Positions 27,335 to 37,777 of a stretch of DNA of 64,000 nt are shown one piece after another. The position numbers and the translations under genes are program-made. The stretch covers positions 3,168,001 to 3,232,000 of the forward strand of contig OZ220733.1 of assembly GCA_965116875.1 (NCBI GenBank). The letters are read 5' to 3'. Source of the stretch: Candidatus Latescibacterota bacterium. GTDB taxonomy: Bacteria; Latescibacterota; UBA2968; GCA-2709665. Below the pieces are notes generated by a model. The model made no database searches, had not been told where the DNA came from, and was given only the letters and a program-made list of their open reading frames with translations. Positions within the stretch are counted from its first letter, which is position 1, and the number at the start of each line of letters is the position of its first letter.

Positions 27335-28437
27335 TCCGTCTCCCTGAGAAGTTCCGTACAGACCAGATCCGCCAGCAGGAGTCCGCGGCGGGTGAGCCGG
27401 ACACGCCCGTCACCGCGTTCAAGGAGGTGATCGGGAATGAACGAGGTCCATCCGCGGCCTGCCCCCAACAGCCTTTCGGGAATGCCATCGGAGCGGCGGA
27501 GGCCGAGCATCACCTGTTCCACGCGCCTCTCACGCGAGGAGATCACCTCTTCCCCTTCAGTGGCGACGCCCGAGGATTCCACACTCCCTATATACGCCAT
27601 GAGCGGGCGGATGTTCCAGGTCCGGCGGTCATTGAAGAAGGAGTGGGCGGAAAGCCCGACGCCAAGGTACGCGCGCCTTTCCCAGCAGGCGATATTGTGG
27701 CGGCAGGCAAAACCGGGTTGTGCGAAGTTCGAGACTTCGTACTGGACGTAACCGGCCTCGCTCAGCTTCTCCTGTGCGACCTCGTACATTTCCGCCTGAG
27801 TGTCTTCGGGAGGCAGCGGCAGGCGGCCTCTCTTCAATCGGCGGCCGAATGCGGTGTCCGGTTCGATGGTCAGCCCGTAAACGGAGACGTGTTGCGGAAA
27901 GAGGTCTATGGCCCGGTCCAGCGTTTTTCGCCACGTGGATACCGTCTGTCCGGGCGCGGAGAACATCAGGTCGATATTGAGATTGCTGAAGCCGGCCCGG
28001 CGCGCCGCGTCCACGGCTGCCCCGGCCTCCGCGGGCGTGTGCCGCCTGCCCAGGGCACGGAGCGTGGCGCCGTCCAGGGCCTGCACGCCCATGCTCAGGC
28101 GGTTGATACCCATGGCCGCCATCCTTGCAAAATGCGAATGGTCCTCGGGATTGGCTTCAGCGGAAATTTCCGCCTCCGGCGCGATTCCTGATATCGCCCG
28201 GGCGGCGTCAAGAATTCGGCTCAGCAAGTCCGGCGGAATCTCGGATGGCGTACCGCCGCCGAAATAGACCGTGTCGAACGCAGTGCGGCCGCCCATCTCC
28301 GGGAGCCGGGTCCGGAATTCGCGGATGACCGCCGCCGTGTACCGTTCCGCCAGGTGCGTCTTGCCCACGTCGAATGCGAAGTCGCAATAGGGACACCTGG
28401 ATTTGCAGAACGGGATGTGGACGTATAGGCTGGGCAT
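27319..28437 (-). CDS. hemW: Radical SAM heme chaperone HemW
   Basis: LYVHIPFCKSRCPYCDF, YFGGGTPS, EANP, QYEVSNF, HN..W; true start MPSLYV, the upstream ORF extension runs through repeat DNA. Confidence 0.9.
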   Translation of the reverse strand: MPSLYVHIPFCKSRCPYCDFAFDVGKTHLAERYTAAVIREFRTRLPEMGGRTAFDTVYFGGGTPSEIPPDLLSRILDAARAISGIAPEAEISAEANPEDHSHFARMAAMGINRLSMGVQALDGATLRALGRRHTPAEAGAAVDAARRAGFSNLNIDLMFSAPGQTVSTWRKTLDRAIDLFPQHVSVYGLTIEPDTAFGRRLKRGRLPLPPEDTQAEMYEVAQEKLSEAGYVQYEVSNFAQPGFACRHNIACWERRAYLGVGLSAHSFFNDRRTWNIRPLMAYIGSVESSGVATEGEEVISSRERRVEQVMLGLRRSDGIPERLLGAGRGWTSFIPDHLLERGDGRVRLTRRGLLLADLVCTELLRETEWKSA

Positions 28438-28505
28438 AAGGGAACGTGTTCTGTCACGGAATTGGATTGGTTGAATTACGTCGTTGAGTCGTTGGGCCTG
28501 CATCT

Positions 28506-28692
28506 CTTCGACAGGCTTAGGATCCAGCGACTGCAACCTGAGCCGCTCCCTGAGCTGCCAGCCTGAGCCTGTCGAAGGGCTGTCGAAGGGTCGGCAAAGG
28601 GCGTAATGGAATGCCAAGCAGATTACGAAACTCGGGCATTTCGACAAGCTCAATGACCACGATTCGATAGGACGCTTCGGATTGCTCAGCAC
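28506..28692. repeat. Cluster of TTCGACA(G/A)GCTCA / CTGAGCCTGTCGAAGG REP-like inverted repeats
   Basis: CTTCGACAGGCTTAGG (28506), CCTGAGCCTGTCGAAGGG (28562) with a duplicated tail, TTCGACAAGCTCAATGACC (28640). Confidence 0.65.
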
Positions 28693-28792
28693 AAGGCGTG
28701 CAAACGACGCAGCGAGACTGGTTGAATCCGTGAATGAATAGTGCCCAGTTTCCGGAACGGAACGCCAGAACAAGCGAAACCGCGAAATGTCA

Positions 28793-29554
28793 TCATCTGA
28801 CAATCCGTCCGATACGGCTCCAACGAGCGCGGCCGAATCCATGGATCAGGTTATAGAATGCTATTTTGGGAATCGAAAGGATATTTTCGAAGGCCGGCGC
28901 CCCGGGGTCCGGCGTCCACGACCAGTAGATGACGTTCGCCTGCGCCCGGATGCGCCCTTTGTCCAGAAAGCTCCAGTAGCGGCTGTCCTCACTGTTATCG
29001 CGGTTGTCTCCCATGACGAAGTAGTGGCCCTCGGGAACTCTCGAGAGGCGCATGTTGTCGCGAACCCCCGCGGGAGACGAAGCGGGCAGGATGACCGGAT
29101 CCGTGTATTTGGAGAGCGGGGGATCCACGGCGCGCTTTCCATCGACATAGAGGATCTTGTCGCGAATTTCAACCTCCTGTCCGGGCCCCGCCACCACGCG
29201 TTTGATAAAGTCCCTGTCCGGATTTACCGGATACTGGAAAATGACGATATCCCCCGGTTCGGGATTCCTGAAGCCGGGAAGCCGCGCGTCCGTAAAGGGA
29301 ATCCTCGCACCGTAGACGATCTTGTTCGCCAGCAGAAAATCGCCCGCCAGCAGCGTATTCTCCATTGAGCCCGTGGGAATGCTGAACGCCTGGACAACGA
29401 AGGTTCGCAGAAAAAGCGCCAGGGCGACGGCTACCAGTATGGCTTCGAGGTATTCTCTGGCCACTGACTTTCTTCCTCTGCGGGATCGTCCCTTCCGTGC
29501 CTTCCGGGTGGGGGCCTTTTTACCGGCCCTCGTGCGTCGTGCGGGTTTGACCAT
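28793..29554 (-). CDS. lepB: Signal peptidase I
   Basis: IPTGSMENTL (Ser), DFIKRVV (Lys), GDNRDNSEDSRYW; directly downstream of lepA. Confidence 0.95.
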   Translation of the reverse strand: MVKPARRTRAGKKAPTRKARKGRSRRGRKSVAREYLEAILVAVALALFLRTFVVQAFSIPTGSMENTLLAGDFLLANKIVYGARIPFTDARLPGFRNPEPGDIVIFQYPVNPDRDFIKRVVAGPGQEVEIRDKILYVDGKRAVDPPLSKYTDPVILPASSPAGVRDNMRLSRVPEGHYFVMGDNRDNSEDSRYWSFLDKGRIRAQANVIYWSWTPDPGAPAFENILSIPKIAFYNLIHGFGRARWSRIGRIVR

Positions 29555-29590
29555 AGTCTTGTTAAACGCCTCGGGCGCCGCGGGTATACT

Positions 29591-31390
29591 CTACACTTCC
29601 ATACTCAGGACGGCGAGGAACGCCTCCTGTGGAATCTCGATGTTCCCCACCTGCTTCATCCTTCGTTTTCCTTCCCTCTGTCTTTCCAGAAGCTTCCGCT
29701 TTCTGGTCACGTCTCCACCGTAACACTTCGCGGTTACGTTCTTGCGGAAGGGACGTACGGACGCTCTTGAGATGATTTTCCTGCCGATGGCGGCCTGGAT
29801 GACAACCTCGAACATCTGTCGCGGAATGAGTTCCTTGAGTCTGGAACAGATCGCACGACCCCATTCGTAGGCTTTGTCGCGATGGACGACGGCGGACAGC
29901 GCGTCTACCGGGTCTTCGTTGATGAGCAGGTCCAGTTTGACCAGGTCGGCGGCCCGGTGTTCCTTGTATTCGTAGTCGAACGAGGCGTAGCCCCGGCTGA
30001 CGGACTTCAGGCGGTCGTAAAAGTCCAGTACGATTTCGGAAAGGGGGAGTTCGTAACGCAGCAGCGCGCGCGTGGGATCCACGAACTCCGTGGTAATATA
30101 GATTCCCCTGCGGTCCTGGGCAACCTGCATGGCCGCGCCGATGTATTCAGCCGGAACCAGAATCTGCGCGTTGAGCACCGGTTCTGCGATTTCTTCGATC
30201 TGAACGGCGGGCGGCATCTCGGCGGGATTGTGTACGATTTCGACGTCCCCGTCGGTGAGCAGGACTTCGTACTCCACGTTGGGAACCGTGGTGATGATGT
30301 CCATGTCGAATTCCCGGGCGAGGCGCTCCTGTACGATCTCCATGTGAAGCAGGCCCAGGAAGCCGCAGCGGAAGCCGAACCCCAGGGCCGTGGACGTTTC
30401 CGGCTCGAAACGGAGCGACGCGTCGTTCAGTCGCAATTTCTCAAGGGCGGTTCGGAGGTCCGTGTAGTCCTCCGCGTTGACCGGATAGACGCCGGAAAAG
30501 ACCATGGGCTTCACTTCCTGGTACCCGGGCAGCGGTTCCCCGGCCGGCCGGTCGCACCCGGTAACGGTGTCACCCATATGGAGTTCGTCCAGGTCCTTCA
30601 CGCCGGCGATGAGATAGCCGACTTCTCCGGCCTGCAGCGTGCCCGTTTTGACGCGCTTGAGTTGCAGTACACCGATTTCCTCGGCCTCGAATTGACGCCC
30701 GGTGGAAAAGAACCGGATGGGCATGCCGGTCTGCAGGCTCCCCTGGAAAACGCGGACCGAGGCGACCGCCCCGCGGTACTGGTCGAAGATCGAGTCGAAA
30801 ATCAGGGCCTGGAGCGCCGCATCGGGGTCGCCCTTCGGCGGTGGAATCCGTTCGATGATCGCCTGCAGCACTCCCTCCACGCCCGCGCCATCTTTGGCGC
30901 TGATCTTGTGGATTTCGGACTCTTCGACACCGAGCAGGTCGTGGATCTGCATGACCACCCGGTCCACGTCCACATTGGGCAGATCGATCTTGTTGATCAC
31001 GGGGATGATCTCGAGGTCCTGCTCGAGAGCGAGCAGCACGTTGCTGATCGTCTGCGCCTCCACGCCCTGCGCCGCGTCTACCAGGAGGAGCGCGCCTTCG
31101 CAGGCGGCCAGGCTTCTGGAAACCTCGTAAGAAAAGTCGACGTGCCCCGGCGTGTCGATGAGGTTGAGGATGAATCGACGGCCGTCGGCACGCAGGAACT
31201 CCATCCGGACGGCGTGCGACTTGATGGTGATGCCGCGTTCCCTTTCCAGGTCCATATCGTCCAGAACCTGGTCCACCATCTCATTCTGAGAGAGGGTCGA
31301 GGTCGTTTCCAGGAGGCGGTCCGCCAGGGTGGATTTGCCGTGATCGATATGTGCGATGATGCAGAAGTTTCTGATATTCCGGTTATTCAT
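29591..31390 (-). CDS. lepA: Elongation factor 4
   Basis: [44 protein letters not shown]. Confidence 0.98.
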   Translation of the reverse strand: MNNRNIRNFCIIAHIDHGKSTLADRLLETTSTLSQNEMVDQVLDDMDLERERGITIKSHAVRMEFLRADGRRFILNLIDTPGHVDFSYEVSRSLAACEGALLLVDAAQGVEAQTISNVLLALEQDLEIIPVINKIDLPNVDVDRVVMQIHDLLGVEESEIHKISAKDGAGVEGVLQAIIERIPPPKGDPDAALQALIFDSIFDQYRGAVASVRVFQGSLQTGMPIRFFSTGRQFEAEEIGVLQLKRVKTGTLQAGEVGYLIAGVKDLDELHMGDTVTGCDRPAGEPLPGYQEVKPMVFSGVYPVNAEDYTDLRTALEKLRLNDASLRFEPETSTALGFGFRCGFLGLLHMEIVQERLAREFDMDIITTVPNVEYEVLLTDGDVEIVHNPAEMPPAVQIEEIAEPVLNAQILVPAEYIGAAMQVAQDRRGIYITTEFVDPTRALLRYELPLSEIVLDFYDRLKSVSRGYASFDYEYKEHRAADLVKLDLLINEDPVDALSAVVHRDKAYEWGRAICSRLKELIPRQMFEVVIQAAIGRKIISRASVRPFRKNVTAKCYGGDVTRKRKLLERQREGKRRMKQVGNIEIPQEAFLAVLSMEV

Positions 31391-31678
31391 CCTCAGGACA
31401 CGCTCTCGCTTCTGTTCTATCCCGGAAAAAGGCGGCCGAACGCCGGCGGGTTTCAGGACAGGACAATATTTACAACTTCAAAAAATTCAACCGTCTACAC
31501 ACACCTCATATAGAAAGTCTGAATATACTCTGTTCGGGGATTGAAGTCAACCGCGGAAGCGGATTACACCGGGGTCCCGGCAGCTATGCAGACAGCAATT
31601 CGACGGCGGGGCCGGAAGATCGGATCGGGGCCGGGAAAATTGAAGAACGTGATCGGGACCGGTTTTGGCGCAAAAGGG

Positions 31679-31708
31679 TTGACACCCCTCGAAACCGGTA
31701 GGTATATT
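31679..31708 (+). promoter_or_regulatory. sigma70-type promoter
   Basis: TTGACA-N18-TATATT about 40 nt upstream of ATG 31748. Confidence 0.6.
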
Positions 31709-31747
31709 GAAAAAAATGTCAACGGCGATCAGAAGAAAGAGGCATCT

Positions 31748-32959
31748 ATGCAAAGGCTTCGGATTGCGGTGATCGGTGTGGGCGTGGATCCGGGTTCACG
31801 GGCGCGTCAGTACCTCAGTACGATCGCCCGGCTGGAGGATCATTATGAATTGGTGGCGGTCTGCGACCGGGATGAACGCGCGCTGGCCGAAGCCTCAGCA
31901 GGCGCTTCTACGGCCTGTTTCCGGGATATCGGGTCTCTCTTCGCCTCGGCCGGACCCGAGGTTGTGCTGAGCATGACGCCCAAGGACTCCCACGGCGTGA
32001 TCGCGGCGACGGCCGCGCGGCACGGCGCGCACGTCATCACCGAAATCCCGGTGGGGCTCACACGGCGCTACGCGAGGGCCGTTGCGCGGACATGCGAAGA
32101 ACACGGCGTACTGTGGGAGGTGGCGGAGCAGGTGTGGCTGTGGCCCAGGGAGCGGCTGAAGAGAATGGTCGTCGAGGCTGGCTTGCTCGGAGAGCTGACC
32201 CATTCCCGTCTGTGGTACCTGACGGGTCAATACCACGGATTCAACGGAGTCCGCACGTTGCTGGGCAGAGAGGCGAAGCGGGTGCTGGGCTATTGCGGAG
32301 AAGCGCCGGCGCTGCCCTATGAGGCCTACGGCGGAGAGCGCGAGACCTCGGTGATGTGGGACCACGCGGTGGTGGAGTTCGAGGGAGGTATCGTCTGTCT
32401 CTTCGAAAAACCGCCGCGCGTCTTCCCCTCCCCGGCGCAGGGATTCGCTACCGGTTGGCACGTGGAGGGGACACGTGGATACCTGGACCAGAACCAACTC
32501 GTGCTGTACGGCGAGAAAACTGCGCGGGCATACGACCTTCAGGAACGTTTCGTGGAAGTCGAAGGGCGCGACGTGCTGGACGTCGCGCACGTGGATACGG
32601 ACCCTCCCGTCACGTGGGAGAATCCGTACCGGAAGTGGCGAATCGGGTCGGCCGACGACGTTGCCAAGGCGAGCATTCTCGTCAGCTTTCACGATGCGAT
32701 AACCGGTGGGGGCCGGCCGCAGTATGGGCATGAAAATGCATTGAAAGACTGGGAAATCTGCCTTGCCGTGCGGGAAAGCGCGAGGAGGGGGAATACGTGG
32801 GTGGATCTTCCCCTGGGCGAACCCACGGAACTCGAGAGGAAAATCGAGGCGGAATTCGTGCGGCGTTACGGCCACGACCCCGTTGAAGCGCCCGAAAAGC
32901 TCCTGGACGCAAACTTCACCCGGTCGGCAACCCTGTGGCCCTACGCGCACTGGCTGTGA
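31748..32959 (+). CDS. Gfo/Idh/MocA family oxidoreductase
   Basis: RIAVIGVG, LVAVCD, HVITEIP (variant of the EKP motif); start MQRLR after AAGAGG. Confidence 0.8.
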   Translation: MQRLRIAVIGVGVDPGSRARQYLSTIARLEDHYELVAVCDRDERALAEASAGASTACFRDIGSLFASAGPEVVLSMTPKDSHGVIAATAARHGAHVITEIPVGLTRRYARAVARTCEEHGVLWEVAEQVWLWPRERLKRMVVEAGLLGELTHSRLWYLTGQYHGFNGVRTLLGREAKRVLGYCGEAPALPYEAYGGERETSVMWDHAVVEFEGGIVCLFEKPPRVFPSPAQGFATGWHVEGTRGYLDQNQLVLYGEKTARAYDLQERFVEVEGRDVLDVAHVDTDPPVTWENPYRKWRIGSADDVAKASILVSFHDAITGGGRPQYGHENALKDWEICLAVRESARRGNTWVDLPLGEPTELERKIEAEFVRRYGHDPVEAPEKLLDANFTRSATLWPYAHWL

Positions 32960-33285
32960 GAGAGGGGAGCGGAGCCGGAGGTTTGTTTATTGTCCGCCGG
33001 TCGACGGCCAGCGAGTTTATCCGTACCAGGGACGGCGTTGATGATGGCGGAGGCAACGTAATTGGCTTGGCAATTATTGATGGGGCGAAGAGGTTGATCA
33101 AGCGTGTTGTAAAGGGCGGGCGGTCCGTCGATTCCGCAGTGGACGCTCCGGTTGACGATGCTTGGGACCGAGCTCAGGCGGCTGATATAGATCAGTGCCT
33201 TCGTCGCGGAAGGATTGAGATGCTGTCTGCAGAGGAATCCCAGGAAGCGATTGATGCTCTGAAAAAGAAGTGGGACATGCCTTGA
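32935..33285 (+). CDS. Hypothetical or degenerate ORF; C-terminus weakly resembles addiction-module antitoxins
   Basis: VDDAWDRAQAADIDQCLRRGRIEMLSAEES; lower GC; start uncertain. Confidence 0.25.
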   Translation: MALRALAVREGSGAGGLFIVRRSTASEFIRTRDGVDDGGGNVIGLAIIDGAKRLIKRVVKGGRSVDSAVDAPVDDAWDRAQAADIDQCLRRGRIEMLSAEESQEAIDALKKKWDMP

Positions 33286-33300
33286 GTAGGCGGCTGGCGA

Positions 33301-33782
33301 TTAAAGATTCTGCAAATGGGTGAAATTTACGGCGGCTGAAGGGTGTTTTTCGAGGGCGGCGAGGTAAAGGGCCAGATCTACGGTAAGCAACGGCGTATTC
33401 TCCGTCACGGCCTCCAGAAGTGCGGCGTCTGTCAGCCCGAGCCGTCTGAATTCAGGTCTTTGCGACGCAGTGGTACTCGCAACCACTATTTCTTCGCTTT
33501 CCTGAATGATATAGCGAAGCCGGTCGAAAAAGTGTGAACGCTCCGGTTCCCGGTGTTGTGCGAGCAGATTGGATGTTTCTGTGAGCGTGTTCGGTGTGAC
33601 GTACACACGTGTTACCGGGTCGATAACGTTTAGCAATAGGTCGTAGTCTTGCTCGCCGAATTTTGCAGTCTGCGATGCCTGGTGATCAGGTCGCGACGTA
33701 CGCTTCCAACGACGAACAATACGAGAAGATTCGCGTCAATGAATAATCCGGTCGACTGTATCCGTTCATTCCGAAGCCGCAA
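33301..33782 (-). pseudogene. PIN-domain (VapC-like) toxin with a 1-nt frameshift near 33661-33664
   Basis: Frame 1 from TTG 33782 reads GLFIDANLLVLFVVGSVRRDLITRHRRLQ; frame 2 continues FGEQDYDLLLNV..TPNTLTETSNL..GLTDAALL..LLTVDLAL; junction CTGCAAAATTCGGC is one base short. Confidence 0.75.
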
Positions 33783-34062
33783 AGACGCGTTCCTTCACGG
33801 ATATGACTCGGCCGTCCTCGTCGTTGATTCGAAGGACCTTATAAGACCGTGCCGGGCGTCCTTCACTGAGTGCCGCGGTTAGAGGATTCTTATGGTCCCA
33901 CGGACGCGAAAAGCCGACGGTTATTTTCCAATCAAAGGACTTCTCGTCAAACTCCACTTCCTCGAGACCGACGTTGGTGATCCCCTCGCCGTCGAATAGG
34001 TCAATCAAATAATCTTTCGCCACTAGTGCGGCTTCTCTTACGTCCATATTCGTATCGTCCAT
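33766..34062 (-). CDS. Small protein upstream of the PIN gene, probable partner/antitoxin
   Basis: GLEEVEFDE..WKITVGFSRPW..RSYKVLRI; RBS GGAGA before ATG 34062; overlaps the PIN start. Confidence 0.65.
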   Translation of the reverse strand: MDDTNMDVREAALVAKDYLIDLFDGEGITNVGLEEVEFDEKSFDWKITVGFSRPWDHKNPLTAALSEGRPARSYKVLRINDEDGRVISVKERVFAASE

Positions 34063-34211
34063 CGGGTTCTCCACCATCTGTTCACAACAGTGAGACTTTA
34101 CAACATGTGACTGTCGCCCAATATACCCAAAACCACAACCTCGGGCAACCTGCCCGCTCGAATATCCGTGACATCGGCCGATGAAACTCGGCATTTGGAA
34201 AGGTATTGTTC

Positions 34212-35321
34212 GTGAAGATCGACTCCGCGGAAATACGATACGTCGAACTGCCGCTGATATCGCCGTGGCGGACCGCATACGGCGAGGATGCGTCGATACA
34301 TTCCGTGATGGTCAGGCTGTGCGGCGGCGGGGCGGAGGCGTGGGGCGAGGCGGCGCCGTTCTATGCCCCGACCTATTCGCCCGAATCGGCGCGGTCCGTC
34401 TATGAGACCGCCCGGGAGTTTTTCCTGCCGCGAATTGTGGGCCATACGCTGGATACCGCCGAGGAGGTCGTTGAGCGGTTGTCCATCTTCAAGGGGAATT
34501 CCTTCTCCAAAGCCGCGGTGGAAACGGCCTGGTGGGCGCTCGACAGTACGTTAAGGGGAGTCCCCCTATGGCGCGCGCTGGGGGCGGACGATCCGGTGGT
34601 GCGGTGCGGCGCCGATTTCGGGGTCCAGGACACGATCGACGAGCTTCTCGCCCTGATACAGGGCGCCGTGGACGCGGGCTTTCCGCGGATCAAGCTGAAG
34701 GTGAAACACGGATGGGATATCGAGATGCTGGATGCCGTGAGGTCGGCCTTTCCGGGTCCCGTGATTCACGTGGACTGCAACTCCGGCTACGACCTGAAGG
34801 CGGATATTGATACGCTGGTGGGTTTCGACCGGTTCAATCTGGCGATGATCGAGCAACCTCTGGACCATACGGACCTCGTCGAACACGCCGAGTTGCAGCG
34901 TCGGATCGAGACGCCCGTGTGCCTGGACGAATCGGTCACGCGCCCTCGTGACTTCGAGTTGGCGCTGAAAATCGACGCCTGCCGCGTGATCAACGTAAAG
35001 CCGGGACGCGTGGGCGGGCTGTCTAACGCGGTACGGATTCACAATATGGCGCGCGACGCGGGGATGCCCGCGTGGGTGGGGGGCATGCTGGAAAGCGGGG
35101 TAGGCGCGGGAATCTGCGCCGCGCTGGGAACGCTGCCCGGATTCACCTATCCGGCGGACGTGTTTCCATCTTCAAAATTCTATGCGGAGGATATTACGAA
35201 GCGATGGGTGGAGCAGGACGAAAACTGCAACGTCGTGCTGGACGAAACGCCCGGCGTGGGGTTCGATCCGGTTCAGGAACGCCTGGATGCGGTGACGGCG
35301 ATGCGGGAGGTGATTGAATAA
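34212..35321 (+). CDS. menC: o-succinylbenzoate synthase / N-acylamino acid racemase (NSAR/OSBS subfamily)
   Basis: RIKLKV, DCNSGY, IEQP, CLDES, NVKPGRVGG, WVGGMLESGVG, YPAD. Confidence 0.8.
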   Translation: MKIDSAEIRYVELPLISPWRTAYGEDASIHSVMVRLCGGGAEAWGEAAPFYAPTYSPESARSVYETAREFFLPRIVGHTLDTAEEVVERLSIFKGNSFSKAAVETAWWALDSTLRGVPLWRALGADDPVVRCGADFGVQDTIDELLALIQGAVDAGFPRIKLKVKHGWDIEMLDAVRSAFPGPVIHVDCNSGYDLKADIDTLVGFDRFNLAMIEQPLDHTDLVEHAELQRRIETPVCLDESVTRPRDFELALKIDACRVINVKPGRVGGLSNAVRIHNMARDAGMPAWVGGMLESGVGAGICAALGTLPGFTYPADVFPSSKFYAEDITKRWVEQDENCNVVLDETPGVGFDPVQERLDAVTAMREVIE

Positions 35322-35404
35322 GGGGGTGTTTCAACCGCGCGCAGAGTGACATGGTCGCCGGACGTCGAGCCCGTCGCAGGTTGAAATCGCGGCGGGTTTT
35401 TGTC

Positions 35405-36751
35405 TTAAAAAAGTTGCGCCAGCAGGTCGTCTGCGAGGGACTCCATGGCCGGGGCCGTGCCCACGCCGCCCAGAGAGGAGTTGGCCGCCCAGGTTTCGTA
35501 TCCGCCCTCCTCGGTAAGAGCTCTGTCAGTACAGATATAGCCGATGTAGCCGTTGGCAAGACTGACGATAAAGACAGGACTGGCGGACGTCCGTGACTTG
35601 ATACCCAGGCCCGATTCAACGAAAACCTCGCCGGGAAGGGCCACGATGGCGGCGTCGCTGAGTCTGAAGATCTGCACCTGGGCGCTCATTCTGGACGGGA
35701 GTTTGGCCAGGCGCCGGCATTCCATGGCGTAGATATCCACGATGGACCGGGGGATGGGTTGGCCCACAACCCAGCTGAAGGGGCCTTCGTCGTATTCCGG
35801 CGGATCGTTGGGCGACGCCAGGATTTTTCCGGCCATTTCCAGGTCTTCAGGCGTGATGGTTCTGGGCGAGAAATCGAACGTGCCCGCAGCGGTCCGAAGG
35901 TCCAGGGAATCCTGCATATCCATCAGCTGGATTTCGGTGAGCATGTGGCCTGCCAGGACGTTGGCCATTTTCTTCGCGTGGGCGTGGCCCCGTTCCTTCC
36001 ACCTTCGGCGCCCGCTGAAGTCGATATTGTTGATCTGGCCGGACGCGGCATTCCACAGCAGGGAAACGCATTCGCCGCCCAGATAACGGCGCATCAGCCT
36101 GAAGAAGTGTCCGAAGTAGTCGGCCGAGATGCCACCTCCGGCGCCGATGTAGTGGAGTGAATAGCATGCAACGGCCGACAGCGGGTTGCCGTTCACGTCC
36201 TCCACGTAGGCCATTGCGAGTTCCGGGTCCGTCGGGCCCGAGGGTTCGACCAGGTTCGGGTCGGCCACCCCCGGGTTCATCCGCACGGTCCCGTCCTTCA
36301 TCCGCCAGCGGCGGTTGAATGCGATCCGGTCTTCCTGCACGCTCGCGAAGCCGATTCGGGCGGGGCGCAGGCGGCGGCACGCGAGTTCGGCGGCGTCCGC
36401 GATCTTGAGGTGAAGCCATTCGATATAGTCCGAATCGCCGTCCGTGCCCAGCAAGTCGGCGATGCCGCCCCCGCTGTGCGTGTGGGTTGCGTTGATCATC
36501 GTGTTTTCGATGGGGATGCCGCACCGTTCGGCCACGCGCTGTCTCGCGCGGTCCGCGATATTCCGCGGCATGGCGATGAGATCGCAGGTGATGAAGGCGA
36601 CGCGGGCATGGCCGTTGTCCAGGACGAGCGCTTTGGCCAGGAGTTCGTCGTGGACGTCTACGGCGTATCCCGGGCGATGCCCGCCCGGAATGGTCACGCC
36701 CAGCCAGGGCGTGATGTTGGCCGTGGCGGCGCCTGCGTGTAAAGCGCCCAT
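35405..36751 (-). CDS. Neutral-ceramidase-like amidohydrolase
   Basis: HDELLAKALVL, NATHTHSG, FNRR, ISADY, LPGEVF, LANGYIGYI, GGYE. Confidence 0.7.
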   Translation of the reverse strand: MGALHAGAATANITPWLGVTIPGGHRPGYAVDVHDELLAKALVLDNGHARVAFITCDLIAMPRNIADRARQRVAERCGIPIENTMINATHTHSGGGIADLLGTDGDSDYIEWLHLKIADAAELACRRLRPARIGFASVQEDRIAFNRRWRMKDGTVRMNPGVADPNLVEPSGPTDPELAMAYVEDVNGNPLSAVACYSLHYIGAGGGISADYFGHFFRLMRRYLGGECVSLLWNAASGQINNIDFSGRRRWKERGHAHAKKMANVLAGHMLTEIQLMDMQDSLDLRTAAGTFDFSPRTITPEDLEMAGKILASPNDPPEYDEGPFSWVVGQPIPRSIVDIYAMECRRLAKLPSRMSAQVQIFRLSDAAIVALPGEVFVESGLGIKSRTSASPVFIVSLANGYIGYICTDRALTEEGGYETWAANSSLGGVGTAPAMESLADDLLAQLF

Positions 36752-36765
36752 TGGAGGTCTCCTGT

Positions 36766-37767
36766 TTATCCGATGCTCAGAAACTCGCCGCCCCGGCGTG
36801 CGGATTCCTCCGCCATGATGCATGCTCGGGCAACGGCCAGCACATCGGAGGTGGTAATGAAGTTCTCTTCGCCGCCGGAGAACGCGTTCACCATGGTTTC
36901 CACAAAGCTGCTGTTGCGTGCGTGCGGGAAATCGGGTTCGTACGCACCCTTGCCGTCTGCGACGATGAGCAGGCTGTCCGCCGCGTACGCCCGGAGGTGT
37001 GCGGATCCCTTCGTGCCCATGATGATGAAGCGCGTGTCGCCGAAAGAAGGGGAGTCGGCGGGGGTCAGCCAGTCCGCGGTAAGCAGCGCGCAGGCTCCTG
37101 TGCTCAACTGAAATGATGCCTGAATGTGGTCCATTTCCAGCTTTTGAGGGTCGTGGGTATGTCTCTTGCACGTGCCGAGGGCGTGTACGCCCACACATTC
37201 CGCGCCCGTGAGCCATCGGACCTGGTCAACGCCGTGGCACGCGACGTCGCTGAAGGTGCCCGTGTAGGTCAGGGGATCGAAATACCATTCGGGGGCCCAA
37301 TCGCCCAGTTTGTGGGGATGGGTGGAGATGAGGCTGACGATCTCGCCGAGTTCTCCCGCCAGAATGGCTTCCCTCAGCGCGATGAAGGGCGGGTAACTGC
37401 GTGAGGTATAGAACATGGTCAGGCGGATATTGTGCTCCCGGACAGCGGTATGGATGCGTCTCCAATCTTCCAGAGACCTGCAAAGAGGTTTGTCCAGGAA
37501 TACATGGGCGCCCGCCGCGGCGCAGGTCTCGATCGTGTCCACCTTCTCGTGGTGGCCCACGCCTTCCATCACGACGTCTGCGCGGGTTGCGTCAAGCATG
37601 TCCGCCAGCGTGGGATAGCGGGGTACGTTGACGTCGCGTGTGTATTGTTCGTACAGGGCGTCGTCCGGTTCGACGATGCCCACCAGTTCCGCGTTGGGGG
37701 CGTTGACCGCGGACCGGAACATGCTGCCGATGTGTCCGTAGTGGACGCCCATGACTCCGATTTTCAT
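36766..37767 (-). CDS. Gfo/Idh/MocA family oxidoreductase
   Basis: MKIGVMG, HVFLDKP, DVACHGVD. Confidence 0.8.
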   Translation of the reverse strand: MKIGVMGVHYGHIGSMFRSAVNAPNAELVGIVEPDDALYEQYTRDVNVPRYPTLADMLDATRADVVMEGVGHHEKVDTIETCAAAGAHVFLDKPLCRSLEDWRRIHTAVREHNIRLTMFYTSRSYPPFIALREAILAGELGEIVSLISTHPHKLGDWAPEWYFDPLTYTGTFSDVACHGVDQVRWLTGAECVGVHALGTCKRHTHDPQKLEMDHIQASFQLSTGACALLTADWLTPADSPSFGDTRFIIMGTKGSAHLRAYAADSLLIVADGKGAYEPDFPHARNSSFVETMVNAFSGGEENFITTSDVLAVARACIMAEESARRGGEFLSIG

Positions 37768-37777
37768 GGTATGACTC

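Noticed and set aside
28438-28842. N-terminal extension of hemW in the ORF track
   Set aside because: Overlaps lepB and runs through REP DNA; the family N-terminus begins at MPSLYVHIPF
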